The notes under the pieces are model-generated. The model searched no databases. It was not told the DNA's origin and worked only from the letters and a program-made list of their open reading frames with translations. A program made the position numbers and the translations under genes. Below, piece by piece: positions 50,401 through 62,604 of a stretch of DNA of 64,000 bases. This DNA comes from Amoebophrya sp. A120 (Eukaryota; Protista; Dinoflagellata), in contig CAJINV010000008.1 of NCBI GenBank assembly GCA_905178155.1, forward strand, positions 3,336,013 through 3,400,012, given 5' to 3'. Each line of letters begins with the position of its first letter. The stretch's first letter is position 1.

Positions 50401-53400
50401 AACGTCAAGAACTGGAAAAAAATGCAAAACAACAGATACTTCAGGGAACGGTTCCGATTCTTCACTTAAGCCTCAAAAGAAGCACTATTATATACTGCAG
50501 TGCTGGATTTTTCTTCAAATTTATCCCGTGGTTGATGCCGTCCGCCAGCAGAAAGGCGGTGTCCAGGTGGTGTAGTTCGCCCAGTTATGCTATGCAAAAA
50601 CCTAGTATGCACACCCAAGTACCCATCTTCATATGTAATCCGAATCTCTGTATCTATCACTCTCTGATCAAGATCGATAAGGCGCCGCTGTGCCACCCAA
50701 ATTCAATTTCTGGCGCCGCTGTGCCACTTTCTTGCAGCTCGTCGCCACGACTAAACTACAGGATCATTTGTCTAGCACAAATCCTGGGAAGTAGATGATG
50801 TTGGGTACTACAACTACGTTTACTTTCCCCCGGATACAGCTTCCCCCGCGTGCGGCCGGAACTTGAACTGGTTTAGGTGGAGTTTCGCCCGGAGCTGGTT
50901 CAACACCCGCATGTTGGTCTGGATGTAGTAGCTGTAGTACTTGTAGCTGGGATTCACGCACGCGTCCCACTCCTTGGGGGCCTTCATCATGGCCGCGAAC
51001 GCACGCTCCTGCGGCCCCGCGAACTTTGACTCGTCGTTATTACAGTGAAAAGTGCCTCCCCAACACCTGAAATTTGTGATGCGAAGTTTTCAAATGAATA
51101 CTTTTTGTCATGCATGAAAGGAGTATGAATCTTTCTGGTGCCGAGTCTAGTCGTGTATCTATCGCATCGCTTGCATGACAAGCGCCGCTCTTGCTGGGAT
51201 CTTTTGCAATACAAATTTTTGCTATTCACGATTGGAAACCTGTGATGCTGATAGATGCAAGAGGGCGAATATTCCATTTGGAAAGGTTTGCAATACAAAT
51301 GCTCCCAAGTTCGGGGGTGGGGGCATTTTTCATTGTAATAGTCGTCCACCGTGTCAAAGGCGCCGATGTACTTGCAAAACTCCTCCAGTTCGGGGTGCGA
51401 CTCCGGGTCCACGGTCACTTCGAACAGCGGTATGAAAATGTTGTCGATCATCTCCTGGAAGTTCTGGAGCTGGTTCGCGGACTTGTAGGCCTCAAACAGC
51501 CGCGGAATCTGGATCATCCACTGGTTGTTCACGCTGATCAACCGGGTTTGGTTCCCGCTACCGCCCTTCCCCAGCGCCCACTTCGCCAGCTTGTCCCACT
51601 CGTCGCGCTTGCGCCCGTAGATCGAGAGCCGCCACTTATCACACGCGTAAACGCGTCGTGGAGGTCCCCAGCACCCCCGGGTCAACAAAATGGGAAATCT
51701 GCTACAGAAATCCAGAAGATTTGCGAACGATCTTCACGCGGGACATAAAACAGACGTGTGAATCACGCACGTTGCCAAATTTGGGCTCGAATGGCACTGG
51801 TGTCTTGCTAGTGGTGCATCCACATCACAAATTCCTTGTCTTGCTAAGTTATCCTCATTATGCATACATAGCATGGGAAAATCAAAACCACCACTAAAAA
51901 TTGCTTCTCAACATCATGGAACTAGCTTCGCATGAGAAAGAACATTTTGGGCACGACCATACAGATTTGCATGACAACTCTGGGGTGCTGCCTGTCCCCC
52001 CCCCTTTTCATTACTGAGGATACCACTCCGTGTGCTGGTACTTGTACTCCTCCAGGTCGTCGAGAAGTTCGCGCGTGATTTCGGCAAAGTACCGCCCGTT
52101 CATGATATTGTCAGTCTTCAGAAACAGGGTCCGCAACTTGGACTGCCCCATGGGCATGTACTTGTTATTGAACCGGTCAAACCGGTGCATGCAGCTCCGG
52201 TCGGTCCACATCTGCAAACTGTTGATCGTGAGGGAGGACCAGTCGACTCCCATTTCCTTCGCCAAATCCCCGAGCGTAACCGGCTCGTTCTCCTCGCTGT
52301 ACCCGACAATGTCGTCCGTGCCCTTCTTGAACTTCTTCTTCATGAACCGCGTCAAATGCTTCACGTTCATCGCGGCGGCGTGGTGGATGTGGTTGTCCAC
52401 CTTGCGCACGTTGTAGAAGTCGCGGTGCCGCGTGTTCTTCTGCTGCTCCTGCTCCTCGCCGTAGTTCACCATGTGGTACAGCTCGAACTTCGCACGCAGC
52501 ATCTTCAGCCGGTAGAAACAGTGGCTCACCACCGGGCCGCAGGTGCGGATGTGGAACATGCGGTCCATGTCTTCGAAGTACTCCTGTAGTGACGGTTGCG
52601 GGAACAGGTTGGTGGGCGAGGAGGGGGCGGAGGCGGTGGTGGAAGAGGACACAACTGGGGCGTCGACAGTGGAGGTAGTTGATGTCGCTGTACCACCTCC
52701 TGTAGTTACAGCCGCTGCACTTTCCACGAACACGCTGTCCTTCACATAGACCTCGGCCACGCCCGTGGCCTCGTTCATCTTCCAGGTAAACGGGATGTTT
52801 TCCCGTACGGGCGCGCGCCCGAACTGGTGGTCTTCCCAAAGCGGCGCGTGGTCGCCGCACGGCGTGTACTTCTCGCGGAGCTTCGCGGCTTCCAGCAGCA
52901 TCTGCAGTGCAAATATCGATTTAGGTTTGGAACAACCTGGTGTCAACATGGTGCTCACGACCTAGTATCAATGAAAGAGAAAAAGTTGTAGAGTACTACG
53001 CAGCCAAACATGATAGGCTTTTGAAGTGTAGTCCTGTGCTGGCGCGTCAGGCGCAAATAATAGGCTGCGTTTTTGCATGACACAGATGAGCCCGTATTAC
53101 AACTTGAACTTTTCTGCAAGAACAGACATATAATACGGAGTTCGGGAGTCGTGTGCGAGTTCAGCCTTAGAAGTTTTGCGCCAATCTTCCAGACCCAGAC
53201 ACATCTGCAGTGCATACAAAAACCCCAGGATTTCCCTCTGGTCCTCGTCCGCGTTCAGTGTAGTGGTGCCCTATGACCCAGAAAAAAAGCTAGCATATTT
53301 AGATTTGTGACGCAAGAAGCACAAATAGACGCGAAGATTTGCTGTAAGCAAAAGTAGCCCACACAATGCTGCGTCATGAGCTATGCGTCAACGTGTATTT

Positions 53401-54378
53401 GCGTCAACCCTTTCTGATTCTGTTTCTGTGACTGTGTATTTGTTCTTGCATGACTACACCTGTCTCATGCTCGCTGTTTTCACTGTGTGGTAGGAACCTG
53501 GCCTTACTATAGGTTTCGCTCGCGGACAGCGTCTTGGGGAGTAGCAGATTCTCGGGCCCTCCTCCTCCCCCGGGATCATTCGTCGTTGCCCCGGTTGTTC
53601 CTTGGGGCGTGCCGTCCAGCATCACTGGTGGAAGCCCAACCACTCCACCTGGGGCGGTTGGAACGCCGACCGCCTTGTTGTTGGCGCTCAGCGCAGTAGT
53701 TCCCGCCGCTGCACCAGCAGCAGCCCCCGGTAAAAAATTTCCGGCAGTGGACGACGCGGATGCACTCTGACCCACGCGAAGTTGCGATGTATTGGTACTA
53801 TTTCCACCACCAACCTCGGTCTCCTCGTGGCTGTTCGAGTTACTGTTCTGCAGCTGCTGCAAGTGCTTCTGCAGGGACATTGCGTCCAGCCGGTTGCGCG
53901 GGTCGTTTTGCCCCAGAAGCTCGGCGTGCTCGTCCACGGACCGCGGGCCAAAGTTCACCAGGCTTGCCTTCGACCCAGACGCGCTCATCGCATTTTGCAA
54001 AACGGAGGTCTGGTGCGCAAACGGATTGTACAGGGCGTCCTCATCGTCTAAGCGCACTTCACTCCCCCGGCGTTTCGGCTTCTTCTGCTTGTAGGCCGTG
54101 TCCCCGGTGCCGGCCCCGGAAAAGGAGCCCGGGCCAGGCGTGCCGCTGGTGGGGTACACATCGTCCTCGTTCGTCGGGGTTTGCGACTGCTCCGCCTCCA
54201 TCTCCTCCTGCTGGCGTTTTTTCCACTGCGCCGTCGTGGAAGTTTCGTCGTCCGGCGCCTCCTCCGGCCTTCCTTTAGGCACCGGCACGTCCGGCAGCGT
54301 GGGGCTGGCTCGCCCGCTGATGTGGGGCGACATGCTGGTGTGAGAGTAATGCGGAACGAGTTGCTTATTGCGGCTCAT
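47424..54378 (-). CDS. AMPD: AMP deaminase (12 exons; 9 TIR introns and 2 GT-AG introns)
   Basis: [67 protein letters not shown] and [25 protein letters not shown] are reassembled across the introns. Confidence 0.93.
48343..48625. mobile_element. Decayed family-A TIR intron element
   Basis: TATCAACGATGCAAATTTTACAGGTGTCTGGAG versus rc TAAGCATCGCAAATATAATGGTGTCTAGGAG; DR CCCGC/GCCGC; gives TPPRL|SVNPQ. Confidence 0.7.
48862..49296. mobile_element. Family-C TIR intron element (435 bp, with nested insertion)
   Basis: TATCAAAATGAAAAATGCCCCCTCCCCATA...TATGGGGAGGGGGAATTTTTCCTCACAATA; perfect DR CTTCC; similar to 16046-16367. Confidence 0.92.
49444..49664. mobile_element. Decayed TIR intron element
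   Basis: TATGCAAGAAAAAAACTGAG versus rc TATCCAGGAAAAGAACTGTG; gives SYPME|SVLHWLG. Confidence 0.75.
49795..50078. mobile_element. Decayed TIR intron element in the AMPD DDPLxFH motif
   Basis: TATCCTTCAGAAAAG versus rc TATCCTACGGAAAAG; DR lost. Removing element+5 nt gives [13 protein letters not shown]. Confidence 0.8.
50118..50249 (-). other. Canonical GT-AG intron (AMPD)
   Basis: G|GTACAG...AACAG|GT restores [11 protein letters not shown]. Confidence 0.8.
50357..50495 (-). other. Canonical GT-AG intron (AMPD)
   Basis: CA|GTATAT...CGCAG|G restores PALQYLFYL. Confidence 0.8.
50586..50836. mobile_element. Decayed TIR intron element in the AMPD GEAG motif
   Basis: TATGCTATGCAAAAACCTAGT...ACGTTTACTTTCCCCCGGATA. 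Removing element+5 nt gives RPHAGEAGELHHL. Confidence 0.78.
51038..51340. mobile_element. Family-D TIR intron element (303 bp), inverted relative to 39530-39834
   Basis: TATTACAGTGAAAAGTGCC...GGGGCATTTTTCATTGTAATA; perfect DR GTCGT; restores FDTVDD|ESK. Confidence 0.93.
51637..52022. mobile_element. Family-B-like TIR intron element (386 bp)
   Basis: TATCACACGCGTAAACG...TTTTCATTACTGAGGATA; perfect DR CCACT; restores KYQHTEW|RLSIYGR. Confidence 0.87.
52901..53216. mobile_element. Family-A TIR intron element (decayed left end)
   Basis: TCTGCAGTGCAAATATC...CTTCCAGACCCAGACACATCTGCAGTGCATA; DR CAGCA/CAAAA; gives EILGFL|[10 protein letters not shown]. Confidence 0.8.
53272..53492. mobile_element. 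Decayed TIR intron element
   Basis: TATGACCCAGAAAAAAAGCTAGCAT versus rc TACCACACAGTGAAAACAGCGAGCAT. Removing element+5 nt gives SKARFP|TTLNADED. Confidence 0.62.
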
Positions 54379-56332
54379 CGTTGGTTTGATTTTTTTTACT
54401 TGCTGCGCCAAGAAGACCTTTTCGATAACACGCTGGTTTCTATTCTTGCTCGTCACAGAGCCTAGTGAAGCTGCCTCGAAGTAGCCGATCTATATTTTGT
54501 CCTCTAGAAACTTTTTTTAGCACCAGCCGACATCAAGTCTTTATCTCTACAGTTCAGGAGGACCCACTGTGAGTCTAAGTACAACTAACACTGCGGGCTG
54601 ATTTTAAATTTGAAGCAGGACTATGGAAATAAAATCACCACTATTTTTATGCCCAATTATACCTCGTCATCAACAGCTCAACTGCGCCAAGAAATGAAGC
54701 GAAAGAAGAATTCACGCGAAATCTTGTTGAACTCGATATTATTTCTCTACCTTTCGATTTGAGCTTTACAACCGATGGACAGGATGTGTGTGGGTCACAG
54801 CTACTACGGAGATTGCGGTGCAGTCACTGCGTTCAAACTCGAAGGCAGAGTCGAATCCTCTTCCTCATAGACCACTTCTTGCATTACAAGCCATCGCTGT
54901 ACCGCTACCGATTTCTTCGCATTTTCACGTGCTAGCTATCAATCAACTTCCCACGAGATTATTGGATTTTTTTTCGCACATGTCGCGCTTCTTTGAGATC
55001 CTTTTTCGTCGCATTTGCAGTTTTTCATACTCACGCACGCACGGTTTGGATTTTTGCCGCTCAAAAGTGACTTGTCTTTTCTCCTCATCGCCGTTCTTGT
55101 TTTCAGAAAAACAATCTTACAAGCTGCCTCTCGACTGACGCACCACAGAATTGACTACCCTGGTCACAAACGCGCCACCTTGCCACTGAGCATCAAACAC
55201 GATTCTTCTGTTTTTCCTGAGGCTCAACGAACACGATTTGTCTCGTCCGAAACGGGCGTTCTCCCAAACTGCTGCCACGCGAGGCTCGTGTTTTTGATAT
55301 ACGGGACATAGCTTCAATCAATCGATCCGAAAAAAAATCTATCGTTGAAGGAAGTCTACTTTCCTCAACGGTACAGGTTTTTGGAACTGCAGAAGAAATA
55401 GCTTCCTTCATTTCACCGCGAATGTAGTATATGAAGTGCGTCGATTTTTTTTCGTTCAAATCGGTTTGTGAAAGCTGCTAGTGCCCGGGTTATTTTGGTA
55501 GAGACCCCTAAGCGCCGGAACTACAGGATGAATCAAGCTAAATGCAAGACCGCACAATAGCGAAATTCACAACTCCTACCGCCGGGCTAGTATAATCCGT
55601 ATGGCTCAACAGAATCGAAATTAGTGCCACCAAGTAGTCTGTTCCCAGTAAAAGTTTACCGAGAGCAGCAGCGACGTATGTCATTTTTCCCAACAAGAAA
55701 GAATCCATACGCACCAGCTGTGCTCGGTTTTCTCCTCCTCAGAATAGCCTATCAGTAGTTTGTTCCGTTTTTGCGAACCACGACGGAGTTTTATTTTTCA
55801 AAAGATGTAGCAGTGAACTCGGAGATAAAAACGAAGCAGCAATGAAGGTGAAAGCGAATTGATGTTCTCACCAGCACTACCACCCTGCATACCTCGAGAT
55901 TTCACATCATACATATTGCGCGCTTGCGTCGATGCGGTGAGAAAAGCATCTTCGCAGCTCACAGGTTGTTCTTTCGTAAACCCATCTAAATAAAGATAAA
56001 GTTTTTAGTGGATCGCCAGGATTTTTTTTAAAGGAAAAGTTGTGATTGGTAATCACTCAGGGAAGTAATACTTTGGATTCGCTTGTTTATTTGGGATGAA
56101 ACTTACTTCGCGTCTCGACGTCTCTACTTTGTCGGACTTGTGCTCTGAGAGGGATAGATCGTTGAGAAAGGAGTTTTAGAAAAATTTTATTACGGTCGTT
56201 TGCTGCGTCGAAAATGTAGCTGTCTAGTCGATTGGATTCTTTGTTTCCGCGTCTTCGCAAAAGCAAAGGTTGCTTTTGTTTTTTTTTGTTGCTATATCAC
56301 AGAAACAATTGCTTACTCCTTCTCGGAGTCAC

Positions 56333-57502
<1,170 letters not shown>

Positions 57503-58220
57503 CTAGTAGATTCGCAAAACTAGAGACTGATTGCTCAGGAAGCAAAAAAAAAGATTGTTGGTTCAAAACTTTTCCTACTGTTGGATGATTCAAGGTTTCG
57601 CTTAGGTTTGTGTTTCGTGTTTTCAACGCACGAACTTTGGGTCTTTTGGGTCGCAAATGTGGGCTGCTGTGGGAAGGGAAAGATTTTTTCATTGAGGATT
57701 CACATTCATATTTATACTTTTCGCTTTCGGCAACTCAATGTGGAATCTACTAGCAACATTTAGCAATTGCCTGCAATCGGTACGGGATGAAGCCACAGGC
57801 CAGAGTATTGATTCATTTGCGGAGCAATCGAACGAAGAGCATTGATTCCGACCCAACGGGAGAAAATTTTGTTTCTCACTTCGATCTGCCTACTTTTTGT
57901 ACGAATTACGGGCAAAAAAATGTAGATCACCGAAGGTCTATGACTCTCTTTCATTTCTTGATTTTTCTAACTTATTGTCTTTCTTTCACCGGCGAATGAC
58001 ATTTGTTGTATGAACACTGTACTAGCAGGTCAAATGATGAAATAGACAAAATTTTACGCGAGTAAGTTGCAACGCTAAATACCACGGGGAAACACTGCGC
58101 TAATGCAAAAATTGATTTCTGATTTTGATTCTCCCTCAGTGAGATATTTTTTTCCCACCACCCCGGTTCGTCGAAGATTTACATACATTGAGTGTTCCTT
58201 TGCTCCTTCGTGCGGTCTTT

Positions 58221-58564
58221 TCTGCATTGCAAACATGTCTGGGTCTGAAAGAGTGCGACTATGGCATGCTACGTCGGGCCGGCGACGCAAAAATCTGTAC
58301 TGCGTGAACCTTTTTACACCTCGAGGCATAATCATCCACTTTACGGTCCACGCCTGACGGCATGATCTCGGTAAGATTAGGCCAAGCTCTAGTACGGAAG
58401 GAGCGCAAGCATATCACTTTTGGGCGCGTAGAGATGTCATTTCTCATGCAAGATAGGCAGTACGAAATGCACCATCGCAAGTTTCTCCGAATTTGTAAAG
58501 ATTCAGGTCGCATTTTATGACAGATCTTGCAACCTTCCAAACCCAGACATCTTTGCAGTTGATA
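58221..58564. mobile_element. Family-A TIR element (344 bp); host gene unresolved
   Basis: TCTGCATTGCAAACATGTCTGGGTCTGAAAG...CTTCCAAACCCAGACATCTTTGCAGTTGATA; perfect DR TCTTT. Confidence 0.85.
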
Positions 58565-59452
58565 TCTTTCGTGGTTCATTTCAGCGCCGCCCCAGCGTAC
58601 AAGATTTCTTTACTCCACTACGCCGTCGAGTATAAACCAAAGTATTAATTCAGTCGCTGTGATGTTTTCTGCTGCTGTTCTACTGATCCATTCTATTTAT
58701 CCTGACTAGGACGTCGGAAGTCCCGTGGTAAAACATTTCATGCTGTTTTTAACTATCAATGTCGTGAATTCATAAAGCAAAGCCAGACTAGGCCCGAGAA
58801 GTGCATCGGAGGCAAGTAACTAGCTTTTCACGAATTCCGTCATGCTTTGGTGCGTTGTATTGCTTTTATGTGCTTTATGCCCATCCCCAATCGTCTTGTT
58901 GAAACTAAAAGTCAGTTTCGAAGAAGGAATGGAAACGTGTCACTGTATCAATACTGAAACAACCACTTCAATACATCCTGTCGCGTGGTCACTCCTAGTA
59001 AAGTAGCTAGAGTTCTGGCAGAAGCAATCCCCTTGTCCTCCATTCCAATATTTACATCTGCTTTTTCCGCTCCTTATCAGCCGCTTTCTCCTTGGCCCGC
59101 TGAGTATCAACCCAGAGAAAAAAGCACCCAGGTTTTATGCAAAAATGAATACACAGACGGAATAAACTGACTAGCATCTGCTCTCGCGCAACCCATGCTG
59201 TGGGCGGGCCCCTTGAGATGTGAAGATGTTTCTCGGTTTATTCTACCCGATTCTAGTGCTGCGTGCATCACAAATAACCCTGGTACGCTTTTTTCTCCGT
59301 GATACAGAGACTTCGACGTCGGCTGCTTTTTTCCTGTGCCTCCGCCCACCTGCACGCCCTGCTTGGCCATGTACAACTCATTCGACTGTTTAGGGATTTT
59401 GGTGATAATGGAAAATGTCGATTTTATTCCCGGACGACCGGGGCGGCAATTT

Positions 59453-62400
59453 TCAAAACTGATCACAGCAACGGCGGCCGATAAGCTCCTGCAGGAGCTG
59501 CAAGCAGTACATACTACTAGTATGTATGACACTACAAAAGTTTTTTCTACTTCTAGCGCATCTACTAGTAGTAACTACTAGTAGATGCGCTAGAAGTAGA
59601 AAAAAAGTTTGATAATACCTTATCCTGCCACCACTCCATCATTGCCATAGGGTCGCCCATTCCCGGTTGGTTCACCCAGGGTCGCTTCAGCTGTGGATTA
59701 TCCGATTGGTCTTGATTCAGCAAATGAATCTTCCGCAGTGGCGAGTTGTACATCACAGTGTACCTGTATAGAAGTAATAGAAGACCTCCTCTTGCATCAT
59801 AGTAGCGTCGGATCTACTTCACGCGAGTCTCTTCCGCGAAGCCACATTCGTTGTATGCGACACGGATGAACGTTCGCAACTTGTAATTACAATTTGTTAC
59901 GATCAAGTAGACCATGCGGCGCAAAAATCAAACGACCAAAAAAATTTTATCGTGGTAGATACTATACGTTGCAAAAATCGCAAACATCAGGGGTGCCGTC
60001 ATGCCCCATTTCCAGTGGACAAACATGGCCATCAGCGTATCACATTGAAACGAGCAGTCCGGCGGAGCGTATTTTGAGCTAGTAGAGGCAAATGTTGACG
60101 ATGCACCTACGAAAGAACATTGTTTTCGCAACAAGGAAAATACATACTCACCCTATTTGCCGTGGTGCATTAAAAATCAACCCTTGTGGCTTGCTGGTAA
60201 CTGTCGAAAGTATGCAGCTAATAAATCCTGAGAGCAACAAGTCCTTTGCGAAAGCTTGAGAGAGCTAACGCACTACAGCAAAAAGTTCTTTTGGCCACAT
60301 CAAACTCATAGATACAAAATGCAACAGCGAACAATAGTAGAAGACCCTCCCAGCTGCCAATAAAATATTAGCCTCAGTTCATCACACACGAGGCTGCACT
60401 TTCCTGGTTTGATACGCCGACTGAAAAACGACCTTTTTCACGATGTCCTGCAGCTTTTCTTTGTCGTACTCCCCAATGGTGATCGCTGCAAATATATTCA
60501 TTTAACCATCATGCTCGTCTCGAAAAAAAAAAAAATGCGTAGCTCAGCATCACTGCAAGGAGGAAAGAGTAAAATAGCATTCTGTAATATGTCCGACAGC
60601 AAAAAAATTATTACGCTCCTCCATGGTGTCCATTTTCCACGTTTCCGCGTTCATCTATCCTGCGTAAAAACGTCCCCACCTTCCCATAGTCAAGAGGAGA
60701 AGCCTGCTAGACAAATCAACACGCTTTGGTTGTTTCACATGACAAGTTCTTTAGCTTCGTAGTGAGTGTGATCATGTTTAGCTGGAGGTTCCGCAGCATC
60801 ACAGAGCCAGCATATCATGCTGATCGGAGCATCACAAATTCCGAAAAACGACTAGAAAGTGCCTCTCTTGGGGCCTCCGCATGAGAAACATTTTCAGCAT
60901 GTAGATTTGCATTGCAACTATGGGGTGGGGACGTTTTTACATAGGATATCATCTCCTTCTTTTCTATGGTAATAATCTGGTCCATCTCCCCGTCGCTCAT
61001 TTTTCTTGCAATCACCTATCCAAAGGAAAACAGATCGCCCCACACCCCTCGCTTAGCAATAGACAGCAGGTACTTAATATTAGTTGTCATGCTGTTTTTA
61101 ACGGACACAGTTGTGTACTGTCGCGCTCTGCGACGCTTACTGATCCCCGAGAGGCAAGTGTGGATTCCGTTCTTTCTTCTCTACGCCTGACTACACACCG
61201 GTCTTCTCCCGTCTTGGCAGGGCAACACAGCATAAACATATGCTAAAGTAACGACTACTCTGCTGTGAATAGGGAAGCAGATCGTGGGCACGATGAAAGT
61301 ATTCGCTTCGATAGGGCGAAATGCAGCTTCACAAAGTAGTAGAACGCGATATGGAGTTCTCAAATGTTACATTCTCAACTGTTACATGAATTTGCCACGC
61401 AAAACTGCCATCAACATCCACACGATCAAGCTGCTTCGCATGACAAATTTGAGAAGGGCTAAACAGCGTCTAAATCTGTGCGAAGTTTGTAATGCTAGAG
61501 GCGCAACCTCCCCCCTTTGACTTTTGCTATTCTTGCATGACAAATTCATGTAACAGTTCAGAATGTAACAGTTGAGAACTCCATACACGACTCCGAGTTT
61601 GGTCACAAAGAGCAACCGCCCGACGCTCAGCGAAATTTCTTCGCCCACCAGGGAGGAAAATAGACCCCACAGAGACAGCGCAAAAAGCGGCAGAAACGTT
61701 CGGACAAGCTGCGGATCCTACAAGAAAGTGCGCCCATACAAGAAAATAAAAAACTTGGCGCGCTCTTTTGAGGCACGACCTTTGTCATGCTGGTCCGCGC
61801 TACACCTACAACGTTCTCCATTATGCATAAGAAAAGGTCACCCATGGTGCAGATCAGCACACGATGTTTTTTTTGTGACGCCGGGATTGAAAACAGCAAT
61901 ACAATTTTCTTTCCTCGTATGGTGCACTTTTTTCCGGTAGGATACTGCATGTCTTTCATGTAGAACACTACGTTCAAGAAGACCCGGAACCAAGAGACAT
62001 CGTGCCAGAGCGAGTTTATGTGCTTTGCGGACGGGGACCCTGCGCTTAGTTCGTCCGTGCCATCTGCCGGGGATGAACCCGCATAATTTGTGCTTGTTGA
62101 CGTCGTTGCGGTGGTGGAAACTGCACTGCCGCCGCTGGCGTTATGCCGTAGTATTGCGTCCTTGAAGAACAGAGTTTTCCGGTTCTGCCGTACGAAAGAG
62201 ATCGCGAGGTAGTGCGCCCCGGAGGCCGCGTTCAGACAAACGTCCTTGGCGAAGGTGAGCGCCGCCTGGCCGTCGAACGGGGGAAGGCTAGTAGTCTTGG
62301 CGGGCTCCTGCTGCATAGACGGCGATGAGGTTGTCCTTGCCGCGCCGGAGAGAGCAGCGGAACCTAGAAGGGGCGACTCGTGCAGGTGCCCGGCAGTTCC

Positions 62401-62604
62401 TTTTTCCGGCGACTGCTCCGATGATTCCCCGGCGGGCGATCCCGACTCGCCGGCGCCATCCCGCGGCTCCGTTGCGCTTGGCGACACGGTTGTGGCGTTT
62501 TTTCTCTTGGCGCCCTTTTTGTTCTTGTTCGCGGGGGTCACCTTGGGAGTGGCGGGGGCCGTCGCCGGCTGCTGCACCTGCGGTTCAGCGGCACTTGCCG
62601 TCAT
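59453..62604 (-). CDS. Pho88/SND3-like ER membrane protein (multi-exon; last exon uncertain)
   Basis: Spliced exons give ITIGEYDKEKL, FVHWKWGMTAPL and KIHLL...LKRPW, which I recognise as the Pho88/SND3 motif series. Confidence 0.72.
59541..59605. repeat. Perfect palindrome, 32-bp arms with a 1-nt spacer
   Basis: TTTTTTCTACTTCTAGCGCATCTACTAGTAGT-A-ACTACTAGTAGATGCGCTAGAAGTAGAAAAAA. Confidence 0.95.
60038..60414. mobile_element. Decayed TIR intron element
   Basis: TATCACATTGAAACGAGCAG versus rc TATCAAACCAGGAAAGTGCAG. Removing element+5 nt gives VVFQSA|MAMFVHWKWG. Confidence 0.68.
60656..60948. mobile_element. Family-B TIR intron element (293 bp), inverted relative to 6229-6508
   Basis: TATCCTGCGTAAAAACGTCCCCACC...GGTGGGGACGTTTTTACATAGGATA; perfect DR TCATC; gives KKEM|NAETWK. 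Confidence 0.92.
61017..61313. mobile_element. Decayed TIR intron element
   Basis: TATCCAAAGGAAAACAGATCG versus rc TATCGAAGCGAATACTTTCATCG. Removing element+5 nt gives KLHFAL|ARKMSDG. Confidence 0.68.
61350..61585. mobile_element. Family-F TIR intron element (236 bp, ~53-bp TIR)
   Basis: TATGGAGTTCTCAAATGTTACATTCTCAACTGTTACATGAATTTG and its inverse; DR CGCGA/CACGA; gives KLGVV|FYYFVK. Confidence 0.9.

Noticed and set aside
55597-55610. CCGTATGGCTCAAC resembling a relic dinoflagellate spliced leader
   Set aside because: The match is short and gapped and lies on the strand opposite to the genes; chance is likely.
61645-61944. Probable decayed element in the Pho88-like gene
   Set aside because: An intron is needed here, but the left end lacks TAT and I could not fix the boundary.
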